Shown here piece by piece: positions 47,201 through 55,801 of a stretch of DNA of 64,000 nucleotides. Source of the stretch: Acidimicrobiales bacterium (GTDB lineage Bacteria > Actinomycetota > Acidimicrobiia > Acidimicrobiales > SZUA-35); assembly GCA_020629155.1 (NCBI GenBank), contig JAHDDW010000005.1:69703-133702 (forward strand), in the 5' to 3' direction. The notes beneath the pieces are model-generated. The model saw only the letters and a list, made by a program, of their open reading frames with translations, ran no database searches and was not told the DNA's origin. The translations under genes and the position numbers were made by a program. Within the stretch, counting starts at the first letter, position 1, and each line of letters begins with the position of its first letter.

Positions 47201-50200
47201 AACATCGGCAGGGGTTATACCAAGATCTTCAGAGAAGGTCGCATCAGCATAGCCTAAGTTCCAGTTACCAGAAATAATTTTGGCTGAACCAGGAACATAG
47301 CGCCAGCCATAGGGCATCTGATCAGTCAGATCGAGATCTTCGATACGTTCCATACCGTCGATACGTAAATTAAGCGCCCAAGTATATGGTTGGGTTGGAT
47401 CGGCATCAAAAACATCAGCCCAAACTGCAGGGTTATCCATCGGACGATTCCACCAGCCACGATTGTTAGTCGCTATATCGTAGGTGTCACCATAATTTGT
47501 CCAACTCGTGTAGCTGTTGTAGACCGTGCCAAGCATATAGCCACGAAGATTCCACGGATAGCTAAACGGTGTCACTGCTCGTGAAGGAGGTTGTAGTAAA
47601 TCGGTGTATGCATCTGGTTGCTGATTCATCCAGTAATCACCAGCGTATGGGTCACCGAAAGTCTGTGGTGGGTTATAGGCGGCACTGGCTTGGAAAGATG
47701 CATTGGCAGCATATTCATAGCCACATGGCAAACGGCGGAACGGCCACAAGTTAGTTACGCCACATTCTGTAGGGTCTGTGAAAACGTTAGGAAACGGGTT
47801 CGCATCAACAGAAACATCACGATCTGCTGGGAATGGGAACTTAGAAACCTGCACAACGCTGTCATGGAACATCACTTCATCATGGGCGCGAATTTCTTGC
47901 CCCAGTGGTGTGCCGCCAGGAGCGTCAGTCCACGGCTGGAGGACCGCATCATTACGCCACATACCGTTCACTTCCCACGTGCCCGAGGCAGCATCATAGG
48001 CATCAGCGCCAGTTGGTTGATCGGTCCAACCGTCGATGCGTAGCTGATGGGTTAACGTTTCGCTTTGATTCGGTCCGATCGCTAAATTCCACTCAACAGG
48101 GTAGGTATTAGGAGCCGACGTTAAACCAGGGTGGCTGCCTGTATTGACACCAGAAATATCACAGGGGTATCGCACTACCGCAGGGTCATACGGATCGTCA
48201 ACGCCAGCTACACCACTAATTGCTGTTTTGTAGCGGACAAGGCCGTGGTAGGCGCGAGCGCCAAGAATACAGTCAGTTAGCGGCGTGTCAGTGATTGTGA
48301 TATCGTAGGCATCAACAGGCGACGCGTTTGTCACGGTGATTTCACACGACACGTTCGCGGTGCCGACGGGAGTCGCCGCAGGGTTCGCATCGTTTGTGCC
48401 TCCGAGGCCTTTACAGTTTTTATCCATCGTGATTAATGGGTATGCAACTGTGACAGACTCATCAGCGGTCGCCAATGAAGCAGAAGAAGAAACTTCGTCG
48501 CCCCATGCTTGACTTGGCAACGTTTCCCACGCATCGTCGCCGAGACCATCCCATTGGGCCATCACATCGTTATCAGAAGCAAACGCTCTAATCTGCACCT
48601 GGTTTGTATGTTCAACTTGGCTGAGCTCTTGAAACCAGTAGCTTGTCACGTCATCAAAAAGCGGGTCTGTTGCGCCGCCAGGCACACCAGTTGGCCACAG
48701 ATCAGCGATGCGTTGACGCTGCTCAAGAAGTGTCGGCGCTTCAACTGCATAGGTTAGACGAACAACACGGTCTTGATTTTCTGGGTCAACGTCAATATCG
48801 CCGAGGTACCAGCCAGCCGCACCGTTATTATCACGTGTGTACTGGTCAGAACTGCTCAGCGGCAATGACGCCGCATCGCTATGAAGCAGCGGTGTCATCG
48901 GTACCGCATCGATAGTATCAGCTGCACTTGAACAGCCAACCACGCAGTTATCAGTTAAGTAGTCATCGAGCTGCATTTCAGCAGGGCTATAAAGCCAATG
49001 CCCATAATAAAGCTCGCCAGCAGCAACAGGCCCTTGTGCGCCGACAGATACAGGGAAAATAGTTTGGTTTAAATGTAAGTTGCCAAGATCTTGGAACGTG
49101 TAAGGTGCTGGATCCCAGTTGCGGTGATTATTAATTTCGTCATAGACAATCACGTCTTTGCCGCTGTAGCCAGCAGGAATTGTCACATCAACGGTATAGG
49201 TAAAGGTGTCGCCGTAGGTGCCGTCGTTTTTGTTGACACGCTTTTTAATACTTGGCTGGCCTGAACCTTCAGTTAACATGGCGCCAGAATCTTTTCTAGT
49301 ACCAAAATCTTCAGTGTTCCAACTAAAACCGTTTACCACAAATTCGTTTGGATACGGCGGGTCGTCAAGTGCGATCACAGGCACGCGAATAACATGTCGA
49401 GTGTCGCTGCCGCTTGCGAGCGGATCATTTGCAATACCATACGGCAGTGGCGGAGGATCCCACGTAATGACAGTATCACCGTTGTTTTGAGCTACAGAAC
49501 TGGTGAAGTAGTCCTGCAAGTCAACATCGCCGTCGCCATCGTTATCGTTTGTCCAGGTAGACGGCACGACATCTATTGTTGCTTCTGCATAGTTAGGGTC
49601 GCCAACAGGCAAGTCGCCAGCATACATAAGGCCATCAGGTAGCGTGTCGACAAAATTGCCAGCCATACCAGCTTCGTCAGGAACCTGAATATACATAACA
49701 AATTCGTCTGCTTGGCCAGGCGCTAATTTAACTGCATCTTCAACATCAGGTGTTTTCCATACACGTGGAGGAGGTCCACCTGGACAACCGTGACGGTCTT
49801 TTTCTACAAATTCCCACGGTTCGCCGACGTTGTTACCACGATCGGTGTTGCCAGCAGCATCTTCTAGCGTTAAGTCAAACCAGATAGTTGCGCCACCTGG
49901 TTCAGTTTTCACAACGTCAATCAACAAGTCATAATGTGGCATAAAATCAGCTTCAGTTGCATGATTTGGGCTATGCGGGATGTCTTGCAATGAGGTGTTC
50001 CACACCAAGGTGTAGGTGCCTGGCTGTACCTCATCAAGAATCTGATCAGGTGCAGGGAACGGTGAATACGTTGTATAGGTAGGGTCGCCAGCGCCAGGGC
50101 CTGTGCCTTGCGTGCCGAGGTAGGTAAACTTATCTTGAATCGTGACACGAAGCTCTGGATTGAAACCAACGCCAGCATCAGGGAAACCGTCGCCGTCATT

Positions 50201-53200
50201 GTCAACAGTTGGGTACGGCGTGAGTGTTAAATCGCCATCAGGGTTACCGTTCACATCAAATCGGTCGCCGTTGCCAGCTTTGACCCAGAACTGCACTTCA
50301 GATCCGACGGGCGCTTCGGGTAATATGTCAGCGCCGCCGACACAACTCGCGTCGACTTCTGCCACAGGGGTGAATGCGTAGAGTCGAGAAATAGTTTGAC
50401 CAGTCGCGTATTGATTACCGCCTTCGTTCGCTGCTTCAAAATATTCACTCGTTGATGCGCGGTTCAAAATGATCATCGGATCTTGATTTTGTGTTGACTG
50501 TTGCGCATAAAAATCGTCGTTGTCAACCGTGGTCGCATCATAAGTGATAACGATCTGGCCGCCAATACCAGCACCTGCTGGGCCGTCAGGATCGCCAGCA
50601 AGAGGGCCAGCAAATTCACACTCTAGATTGTCGCCGCCGCCAACAGCGATAAAGTTACAGGTCACACCAGCAGGGGTGACATTCAATGACGACTGGTCGA
50701 TGTTCGCAAATGGTATGCCGCCAGGGTTCGCTAAATCGTCTTGAATGTCAATACTAAACGCTGGGCCAGAGCCGACATTGGTGACAATAATTTCATATTC
50801 AAATGACTCGCCAGCACTGATTTCAGTGACTGGGTCTCCGTCTTCGTTATAGACTGTTTTTTCAAAGTCGAGACGGGGCGTGACAATGTCGATCTCGGCA
50901 GGGTCTTTGGGATAAACACGGTCGTAATCAGCTGGGTCTGGGAAACCAGCTGGCGCGCCAGCAACAACGTTGCCAGATCCGCCAGGCACAGAACCATCTC
51001 GGTTGAAGATAGGTTTTGCTGTATTTATAAGTGGTTCTGAGAAACCGTCGATAATTTCGTCGCCAGAGTCAAAGTTTTTCTCAACTTCAACACGGAACGT
51101 TAGACGATAGACCGATGGTGTTTCGCTAGGATCTGGTGGCGTGTCGCCGAGGAACCAGCCAAGTTCGGTCACGCCGTTAAGGCCAGGGTTTTGTCCAACA
51201 TAGACACCGCCTTCAGATGCAGGACATGGTCCAGATACACAACTGACGGTCCAACCGCCAGCGCCAGGGATAGCACCAATCGCAGGTTCGTTGACGAGCG
51301 TCAACCCGTCAGGCATTTCGTCCATGATCCACAAGTCATAGTTCCATAACGTTGAGCTTGTTGGTACGGTCACATCGATAGAAAAGTCGAACTGTGCACC
51401 AGGGGCACCTTCCATAACCTCAACACCAGGGTGGATATCAACCGCTTCAACGGTTTTGCTAATTGACGGGCCAACTTCGACAGGAATGAGTGTGTACTCA
51501 CCTTGGGCTTGATGTACCGCAGGGTCAAAGGTGATGTTAGGGTTTGTTACATCAACGGTGTTTACACGAGTCAAGTTGCCATCAGGAGGATCTTCTCCAT
51601 TGTGCGCAAATGGAATGGTAATACGCACTTCGGCACCAGGTTGTAGCTGGCCGAGTGTAAAGTCAACTTGTTCGGTATAGCCAGGCAACGTTGCAGTGCC
51701 AGATGCAGCAGAGTTATCAACAAAGGTGCTCGGCACCTGACCAATCCACAAAATGCCTGTGCCAGGGTCTTGCGGCAAATATTCAAACGGTTCTGGCATA
51801 AGATCATCAACAACAAGACCACCAATAGGAACGGTCGAGGTGTTTTTGATGATAACTGTCCACGCGCCGTAGTTAATTTCTGATGGGAAATCGACGGTAC
51901 CGTTTTCATCGACATCAGCCGACCAGTTAATGGTCGCTCCAGCGCCAATTGCTGGACCTTTTTCTACTTCATATTCTGGGGCGACAAGTACAAGATCGGC
52001 TGGGTCTTCATCTTCATAGGTGGAACCAGCTTGGCTTTGATTATCGGTAAGATCTTCCCAGGTGAGCTCGGCTACGTTTTCATAGGTGCCAGGTTCAATT
52101 GGTCCGCAAACTTCGATGTAGGCCTCAAAGGTGACAGAAGCGCCAGGGGCGAGCGGGTTGTCGAGCGACCAGACACCAGGCGCGGTTTCAGTTACGCCAA
52201 CAGCGCCACTATCTAATCCGCCAGCAACTGTACATAAACTTGTTGGCGGCACGTCAGTAACTATGGCGTTGTATGCTGTTGTGTTAGAAACGTTTGTCAC
52301 GGTGAACACAAACGGGAACTGTGTGCCGATTGAGTTGGCTACGCCTGTTGTCGCTTCAGGCGCGGGTGATTTTTCGATAGTTAACTCTGGGTCTGGTATT
52401 TCAAGCGGTACGGTATCGCCTGGATTCTCTGTATAGGTTGCGCCGAGGTCGTCGCCATAACTGGGAATAGAGATAGCGTTATCAAGATCTCCGTTTTGTG
52501 TCGGCGTTGCTTCATAGGTGATGGTCTCGGTGCCAGTGAACGCAGCTAGCGGCCCAGGAATAGTGATTGTCAACGTGGCTCCATCCCAGGTACAAGTAGG
52601 AGCGCCACAAGGGTTTCCGCCGACGGTAATGCTGGCAGGGTCAATGTCTATCCCAACGGGGGTGTCAACAACGGTCAGGTTTGTCGCGTCGCGAGAACCG
52701 ACGTTTGTGATTTCAGAGGTATAGGTTGCGATGTCGCCGATTTCATAATCCCATTGTTCGCGGGTTTCGTCTGCTTCAACACCGTCGGTGGTCGCAACGG
52801 TTTTGTCTATCTCTAGAATCGGGCGGTCATAGATAACAATATCGCTGGTGCTTTCTTCGCCATCATAGCTAGGAGGGCTAGCAGTTGATGGGTTCACATC
52901 GCCGATGCGGTCAACGGTGTTCCAGTTGAGACGAAGATCGTTTTCGAATTCATCGAAGAAGACAACCTCGTCGCCATTCGCATACGCTGGATCAATCTGT
53001 GCGGTATAGGTGAGCACAAGTTGGCGAGGGTTAGGATCGAGTGGGATGCTGTTGGGATACCAGCCGATGCCGGTGCCACCACCAGCAAACACGGTTTGCG
53101 TTAATGGAGGGATGCCAGCTGGACAGTTAGCGGTGGCGGGTAGACAGGTTGCTGAGTCGTAGCTGATAAATTGCAGCCCGTCAGGAAGGTTGTCAAAGAT

Positions 53201-54508
53201 CGTAAAGTTCTCATACGTTGAGTTCGCTGGAATATCGATCGTCACAGTGTATTGAAAAGGCAGGTCGGTACCTGTGCGTTCAATATTTGCTTCTTTAGAA
53301 ACAGTTGGCGGTTCTGAGGCGACAAAAACTTCCGCGTCGTCATCGGCGAAGTTGTCGACGGTGGTGTTGTCGTCGCTGCCATCAGGAAGATACGAGAAAC
53401 CAACGTAGGCACTGTTGACAAGTGAATCTGACGGATCTAGGCCTGTGGCTATTTCCATCTCTTCGGTGATAGTCACATCGTTGCCTGGCAAAATATCGCC
53501 AAGGGTATAGGTGACTTCTCGTGTTGTCGCATCCCAAACACCACCGCCTGTTGTTGTGCCACCGTCTGCGACGGGGTTGCCTGCTGCGTCAAGTGGAATC
53601 AAACCAGCTGGAACGCTGTCTACCACAATCACGTCACGTGCTGGTGCGACTGCTAACGAACCATTCGTTGGGTTGCTTTGTGGCACCGTGATATCTAGAT
53701 CATATTCAACAACGTTACCTGCGTTATAGACATTTGCAGGTGCCGTTGTTTTTGCAATTTCGATGTATGGTTCAACAACTGCAACGGCGCTTCTGATTCG
53801 GTCAGTGTCACGGTTTGATGGGTCGGTCGAAACGCTGGCGAAACATTCGCCGCCGTCGTGCACATCGCCCCATGTTTCACCTGTCGGAGGAACTTGCGCA
53901 CGGTAGGAAAGAACAAATACTTCTCCGCCTGCTGGCACGCTATAGCTGAGTTCGCCGTTACCGTTTTGGTCGGCAAGCATCATTGCAACATCGCCTGGGA
54001 AGAGCAAACGAAACGTTGGGTTGGTGCCGCTTGTGTCGGTCTCGATAACCCACTGTGTTAGGTCAGGTTGTGTGCCTACGACCCAAGGTTGTGATACTGC
54101 TGCGGTAAAAGGGTTAGGCGATCCGCCTGGTGCAATCGCAAAGTCGACGCTAGCCATGTCGACGTTGAGATTTGATGGCAGCACAGTCAGTTCCATACGG
54201 GAAGAGAAATAGGTTGACCCGTCTGGGCGCTGCAAAATATCTTGAAAAATATCACCTTCGTCGAAGGTAACCTCTTGGGTGAAGTTGACCCATTCGCCAG
54301 CGACAGCACCTTGCACACCAGACTGTGTGACAGTTTCTGGCGTTGCATCGGGCCTTGCGAGACAGGCCTGAGTCAGGTCTTGCGTCGCTGGATTAGGATC
54401 AGCTGACGCTGTTTGCAGCGGCACTAATGCCGCTGCTAAGATCAGCACCGCAAAGAGCGGGCGGATCATAAATGGAACGTTATGGATTGCTTTTTTTACA
54501 GTTAACAC
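41225..54508 (-). CDS. giant LPXTG-anchored cell-surface protein (4427 aa) built from DUF11-like / Ig-like beta-sandwich repeats
   Basis: Uninterrupted 13.3-kb ORF. N-terminal signal peptide (MIRPLFAVLILAAALVPLQTASA). At least 12 repeats of the DUF11-type pattern (for example ITYTVTVENTGEIPAYAVEVSDTP). C-terminal sorting signal LPKTG (41324-41338), hydrophobic span and RRRLRKS tail. Confidence 0.9.
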   Translation of the reverse strand: MLTVKKAIHNVPFMIRPLFAVLILAAALVPLQTASADPNPATQDLTQACLARPDATPETVTQSGVQGAVAGEWVNFTQEVTFDEGDIFQDILQRPDGSTYFSSRMELTVLPSNLNVDMASVDFAIAPGGSPNPFTAAVSQPWVVGTQPDLTQWVIETDTSGTNPTFRLLFPGDVAMMLADQNGNGELSYSVPAGGEVFVLSYRAQVPPTGETWGDVHDGGECFASVSTDPSNRDTDRIRSAVAVVEPYIEIAKTTAPANVYNAGNVVEYDLDITVPQSNPTNGSLAVAPARDVIVVDSVPAGLIPLDAAGNPVADGGTTTGGGVWDATTREVTYTLGDILPGNDVTITEEMEIATGLDPSDSLVNSAYVGFSYLPDGSDDNTTVDNFADDDAEVFVASEPPTVSKEANIERTGTDLPFQYTVTIDIPANSTYENFTIFDNLPDGLQFISYDSATCLPATANCPAGIPPLTQTVFAGGGTGIGWYPNSIPLDPNPRQLVLTYTAQIDPAYANGDEVVFFDEFENDLRLNWNTVDRIGDVNPSTASPPSYDGEESTSDIVIYDRPILEIDKTVATTDGVEADETREQWDYEIGDIATYTSEITNVGSRDATNLTVVDTPVGIDIDPASITVGGNPCGAPTCTWDGATLTITIPGPLAAFTGTETITYEATPTQNGDLDNAISIPSYGDDLGATYTENPGDTVPLEIPDPELTIEKSPAPEATTGVANSIGTQFPFVFTVTNVSNTTAYNAIVTDVPPTSLCTVAGGLDSGAVGVTETAPGVWSLDNPLAPGASVTFEAYIEVCGPIEPGTYENVAELTWEDLTDNQSQAGSTYEDEDPADLVLVAPEYEVEKGPAIGAGATINWSADVDENGTVDFPSEINYGAWTVIIKNTSTVPIGGLVVDDLMPEPFEYLPQDPGTGILWIGQVPSTFVDNSAASGTATLPGYTEQVDFTLGQLQPGAEVRITIPFAHNGEDPPDGNLTRVNTVDVTNPNITFDPAVHQAQGEYTLIPVEVGPSISKTVEAVDIHPGVEVMEGAPGAQFDFSIDVTVPTSSTLWNYDLWIMDEMPDGLTLVNEPAIGAIPGAGGWTVSCVSGPCPASEGGVYVGQNPGLNGVTELGWFLGDTPPDPSETPSVYRLTFRVEVEKNFDSGDEIIDGFSEPLINTAKPIFNRDGSVPGGSGNVVAGAPAGFPDPADYDRVYPKDPAEIDIVTPRLDFEKTVYNEDGDPVTEISAGESFEYEIIVTNVGSGPAFSIDIQDDLANPGGIPFANIDQSSLNVTPAGVTCNFIAVGGGDNLECEFAGPLAGDPDGPAGAGIGGQIVITYDATTVDNDDFYAQQSTQNQDPMIILNRASTSEYFEAANEGGNQYATGQTISRLYAFTPVAEVDASCVGGADILPEAPVGSEVQFWVKAGNGDRFDVNGNPDGDLTLTPYPTVDNDGDGFPDAGVGFNPELRVTIQDKFTYLGTQGTGPGAGDPTYTTYSPFPAPDQILDEVQPGTYTLVWNTSLQDIPHSPNHATEADFMPHYDLLIDVVKTEPGGATIWFDLTLEDAAGNTDRGNNVGEPWEFVEKDRHGCPGGPPPRVWKTPDVEDAVKLAPGQADEFVMYIQVPDEAGMAGNFVDTLPDGLMYAGDLPVGDPNYAEATIDVVPSTWTNDNDGDGDVDLQDYFTSSVAQNNGDTVITWDPPPLPYGIANDPLASGSDTRHVIRVPVIALDDPPYPNEFVVNGFSWNTEDFGTRKDSGAMLTEGSGQPSIKKRVNKNDGTYGDTFTYTVDVTIPAGYSGKDVIVYDEINNHRNWDPAPYTFQDLGNLHLNQTIFPVSVGAQGPVAAGELYYGHWLYSPAEMQLDDYLTDNCVVGCSSAADTIDAVPMTPLLHSDAASLPLSSSDQYTRDNNGAAGWYLGDIDVDPENQDRVVRLTYAVEAPTLLEQRQRIADLWPTGVPGGATDPLFDDVTSYWFQELSQVEHTNQVQIRAFASDNDVMAQWDGLGDDAWETLPSQAWGDEVSSSASLATADESVTVAYPLITMDKNCKGLGGTNDANPAATPVGTANVSCEITVTNASPVDAYDITITDTPLTDCILGARAYHGLVRYKTAISGVAGVDDPYDPAVVRYPCDISGVNTGSHPGLTSAPNTYPVEWNLAIGPNQSETLTHQLRIDGWTDQPTGADAYDAASGTWEVNGMWRNDAVLQPWTDAPGGTPLGQEIRAHDEVMFHDSVVQVSKFPFPADRDVSVDANPFPNVFTDPTECGVTNLWPFRRLPCGYEYAANASFQASAAYNPPQTFGDPYAGDYWMNQQPDAYTDLLQPPSRAVTPFSYPWNLRGYMLGTVYNSYTSWTNYGDTYDIATNNRGWWNRPMDNPAVWADVFDADPTQPYTWALNLRIDGMERIEDLDLTDQMPYGWRYVPGSAKIISGNWNLGYADATFSEDLGITPADVAIPLVDPAVDATTETSCNVGTYHNGGQTLSWNFEKDGGDDGSAPWDVRYVDSRERYSNSTSLGTYDKGASDKANWIRIHYDAIPDPLVFDCDPDTTSTEKYFMENNVSVQALTDYDPANLITDSFDMIAPVPNPLAFEKTPDDDFVADETNPEYTITFTNGLDVPVEDLTIVDDLTATLGGNPQAPLGADGGYTCGDATAVGGTGFSESVCTGGNTESTHIEWFFDSIAPGETITITIPILVNKDEKNLLIWENNASTFVKEWYDSDFEDDGKITVVNPKAPPTPTKSVTPNPATINDFVEYEVSWTAPEFDVYMDLLYIDTIPDGLTFDSYQGVTCSGGCPGSFTPADVLELAEVVNADGTTTLAWWFGDMPGSATPHTWTMKYRVRVDGTYNDGTTQVLDEDVLTNAVTGYSNEENLFDDPLAIPDPSSYVTYPPSDTTTADLDIEEPELTINKVAVPSATPTDGSSTITYTVTVENTGEIPAYAVEVSDTPNGALENAVMATPTFPGAVTTNGWTTIDPQLQWFITQVNPGDVVTLEYTAEVTDSYLSDGFGTADNEASISSYRARAGLTPEDDDRIYEGDVVETETPLSGPNLVMEKHSGDCTNNFAFAEKGKPHTWCIEVANDGGAPAYGVTVDDTLPYHWTYDGGTTTGTGWTAAEPTTGTLTTNVQTLEWVVGDIAPGDTAQIEFTATPGAESPLNVTNWATAESFGLDGSTLPGTVTGARSSDPSLAALGANALEISKTLDRQEFGILSSGNTASWTITVTNPAPDTANDNLVVTDFLPAPLTFNSWSSTDPRVTLNNVGAAGAGTGGTQEIMWDISDLQAGESIDIQLVTDVPIVVVLGDWYVNDVQVVSDQIVDEVVNQAKVRYLGSDIDIEKTTNDVQADDPNGPGIAPGDPVTWTYTIRNEGQTAFVPATVTDIPAPAGGISCADHNGDTDGDNVIDILLPGDEVICTATGTAVAGPFANNATVSGDPHMPNPETCDCDPDDPDTWPTNPDVFDNLDGSDGEDLENEEDSDPSHYYGANPSIDLEKKTNTFDADDETGPAIKLNGLVTWTYELHNNGNTTLLDVTVTDIPAPSGGIVCDDFRDDTNGDHIIDIMLPGDMVTCTATGSAIDGQFENNATVNGDPVLPDPATCGCDLDDPTSWPDDEGLYEDLLDDEGEPWPNVEHEDPSHYYGMRPSVDIEKRTNGVQADEPVGPAIAPGDPITWTYEVLNDGNTALVGVTVNDIPAPIGGISCADHYSDTDGDNVIDLLLPNETVICTASGIAVDGPFANTSDVAGDPYLPDPETCDCDLSDPSTWPGDPDVYFQPDAEDGEPWPEVTDEDPSHYYGADPSVKLEKSTGIFDADNPTGPAYVPGDTVTWTYDVTNDGNTALAGVTVTDIPAPAGGISCADHYGDTNGDNVIDLMLPDDVVTCTATGIATEGQFENNATVVGTPVLPDPATCDCDLDDPTTWPNDPDEFSLPNDDDGEPWPTVEDKDPSHYYGAVPSVDIEKATNGFDADATPGPGIAPGDLVTWTYVVINTGNTALADVTVTDSQGVTVSCGGGDNVIDFMLPGDEVTCIATGTATAGQYMNLGEVSGTPMLPGEDCDCDHSDPSTWPDDESAFEEPTDENGDPIDDVTDEDPSHYYGSEGELTIEKYTNDVDADDPVGPYISTDGDVTWTFVVMNTTNVAVANATVTDSQGVSVDCGNGSNVIALLLPGESVTCTGTGTAITGQYQNLAELVGDPVLPNPETCGCDPDDPSTWPTDPSDYEPVIDPETGEPYPPMTADDPSHYFGVENKLTVEKSTNGSDADSAGDAKAVTVGDTVTWSYVVTNEGTSAATAITVSDDDPSLTVDCGDGSNVIALLLPGESVTCSASAIATEGPYQNTATIDGTSAMPDPETCGCDPSDPSTWPQNPEDYIAVKTADGSTDISASASDASHYVGETPPPTALPFVPEKVPFLPKTGSSLLDSLLVYAAILLTAGVAIKVVSRRRLRKS
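41400..44575 (-). repeat. eight tandem ~130-145-aa coding modules at the C-terminal end of the giant protein
   Basis: Each module reads DPSHYYG-x-PS(V/I)D(I/L)EK.TN..DAD...GP.I..GD.VTWTY.V.N.GNTAL..VTV.D...G(I/V)SC...NVID.LLPG..V.CTA.G.A..G.F.N...V.G.P.LP.PETC(D/G)CD.DDP(S/T)TWP. Eight copies were counted in the translation. Confidence 0.85.
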
Positions 54509-54741
54509 AGTCTGCCTTTGGCTATAGGAAGGTGACCCTCCCGACCTTTATCGGCAAAAGTGCTATTTTTTGTAAGCTAAAAGCCTTATTTTTTTAAAGG
54601 GGATGTCTATTTATTCTACATCCCTCAGTATTCCCGCTCCGCTTGGGGCGTGTGCACGCAGCTTTTTAGCGGTTTTCTGGTCAAGTCGTTCAGCAGAAAA
54701 ATGATACATAGAGATGTCTTAAAGAATTTTTTCGCGTAATC

Positions 54742-55389
54742 TTATCCATGCAATAGTGGCTGTAAAAGTTCGACGTACTTGCCACGTGAAATAGTTTTTA
54801 CTCCTAGTGTTTTAAGATGTGGAGTGGACCACTGGGTATCAACAAAAGTGGCGTTCGTTGAGGATTGTAATTTCTCGACAAGATGAAGTAACGCCACCTT
54901 TGATGCATCTGTTTCATGGTGAAACATTGATTCGCCTGCATAGAAGTCGCCTAGTTTCACGCCGTAGAGACCACCAGCGAGTTGCGACGTTTCACTATTC
55001 CAAACTTCTACGCTAAACGCTGCACCCAGGTCAAAAAGTTTTTTGTATGCCACAACAAATTCGTCGCTGATCCAAGCGCCATCACGTGAAGGATCTGCAC
55101 AGCATTTCATGATTTCAACAAACGATGTGTTAAACGTGACGCGAAATTTTTTGTCTGATCGTCGAAGCGAACGGCTTGCTTTAAAATCATGAAGAAAAAG
55201 AACGCCTCTTTCAAGAGGGGAGAACCAGCCGATTTCTCCTTCGAGTGGCATAGGAAAATAGCTGGCTGTGTATGCTGCAAGCAGCGTCGCTGGTTCAAGA
55301 TCTGCTCCCACAAAAGCAAGGTCATGGTCATCATGAATCTGGTCGACGCTAGGAAATTGCCATCGGCAAACAAGCTCGTCTTTGTCCAC
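54742..55389 (-). CDS. aat: leucyl/phenylalanyl-tRNA--protein transferase
   Basis: LLAAY..(S)YFPMP...WFSP..R.VL...F..SRSLRR..., ...GAWISDEFVVAYKKLFDLGAAFSVEVW......GGLYGV.LG..YAGESMF....DASKVAL. Strong overall match to Aat. Confidence 0.85.
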   Translation of the reverse strand: MDKDELVCRWQFPSVDQIHDDHDLAFVGADLEPATLLAAYTASYFPMPLEGEIGWFSPLERGVLFLHDFKASRSLRRSDKKFRVTFNTSFVEIMKCCADPSRDGAWISDEFVVAYKKLFDLGAAFSVEVWNSETSQLAGGLYGVKLGDFYAGESMFHHETDASKVALLHLVEKLQSSTNATFVDTQWSTPHLKTLGVKTISRGKYVELLQPLLHG

Positions 55390-55391
55390 GG

Positions 55392-55748
55392 CTACGCTGT
55401 GGTGGTCGCGCCTTCAGCTGAAGTTGTCGCTTCTATAGTCGTGTCTGTCGTATCGCTTTCAGCCAAACTTGCTGCGGTTGTTTCGGCGTCTGTACTTGGG
55501 ACAGCTGAAACACTTGGACCTGTAGAATCAACAACAGTAGGAATTGGTTCCAGGTCTGTTTGTTGCGGCTCGTCACTGCCACCAGTTAAAGACAGTAGCC
55601 AAAGCACAAAACCAATAGCGACAACAACGATTACACCGATAATAATTTGTTGTTTGCGTTTGCTTTTAGCCTCAACCTTTTGCTGCTCTTCTTTGCGAAG
55701 TTGGCGGTTAGCTTTTTGTCGTTCTCTTTTTTGACTTCCCACGGTCAT
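55392..55748 (-). CDS. single-pass membrane protein with basic N-terminus and Thr/Ser-rich tail
   Basis: 118 aa: KRERQKANRQLRKEEQQK... then TM IIIGVIVVVAIGFVLWLLSL, then a T/S/A-rich tail. Its stop lies 2 nt before the aat start. Confidence 0.5.
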   Translation of the reverse strand: MTVGSQKRERQKANRQLRKEEQQKVEAKSKRKQQIIIGVIVVVAIGFVLWLLSLTGGSDEPQQTDLEPIPTVVDSTGPSVSAVPSTDAETTAASLAESDTTDTTIEATTSAEGATTTA

Positions 55749-55801
55749 CTAATCTAGCAAGTAAAAACCTTATTGGTTTGCATAGTCTCGTGAGAATCTT
55801 T

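Noticed and set aside
41452-54212. About 60 track ORFs (60-191 aa) on both strands inside the giant adhesin gene
   Set aside because: All are nested in one uninterrupted 13.3-kb ORF with clear repeat-domain protein logic. Their products are low-complexity translations of the repeats, so they are shadow ORFs.
54599-54626. Hairpin GGGGATGT-N12-ACATCCCT upstream of the giant gene, as a terminator for aat or a degenerate relative of the MITE core
   Set aside because: The T-run is on the wrong side for a minus-strand terminator. Similarity to the repeat core is limited to GGGGAT/ATTCCC hexamers, which could be chance.
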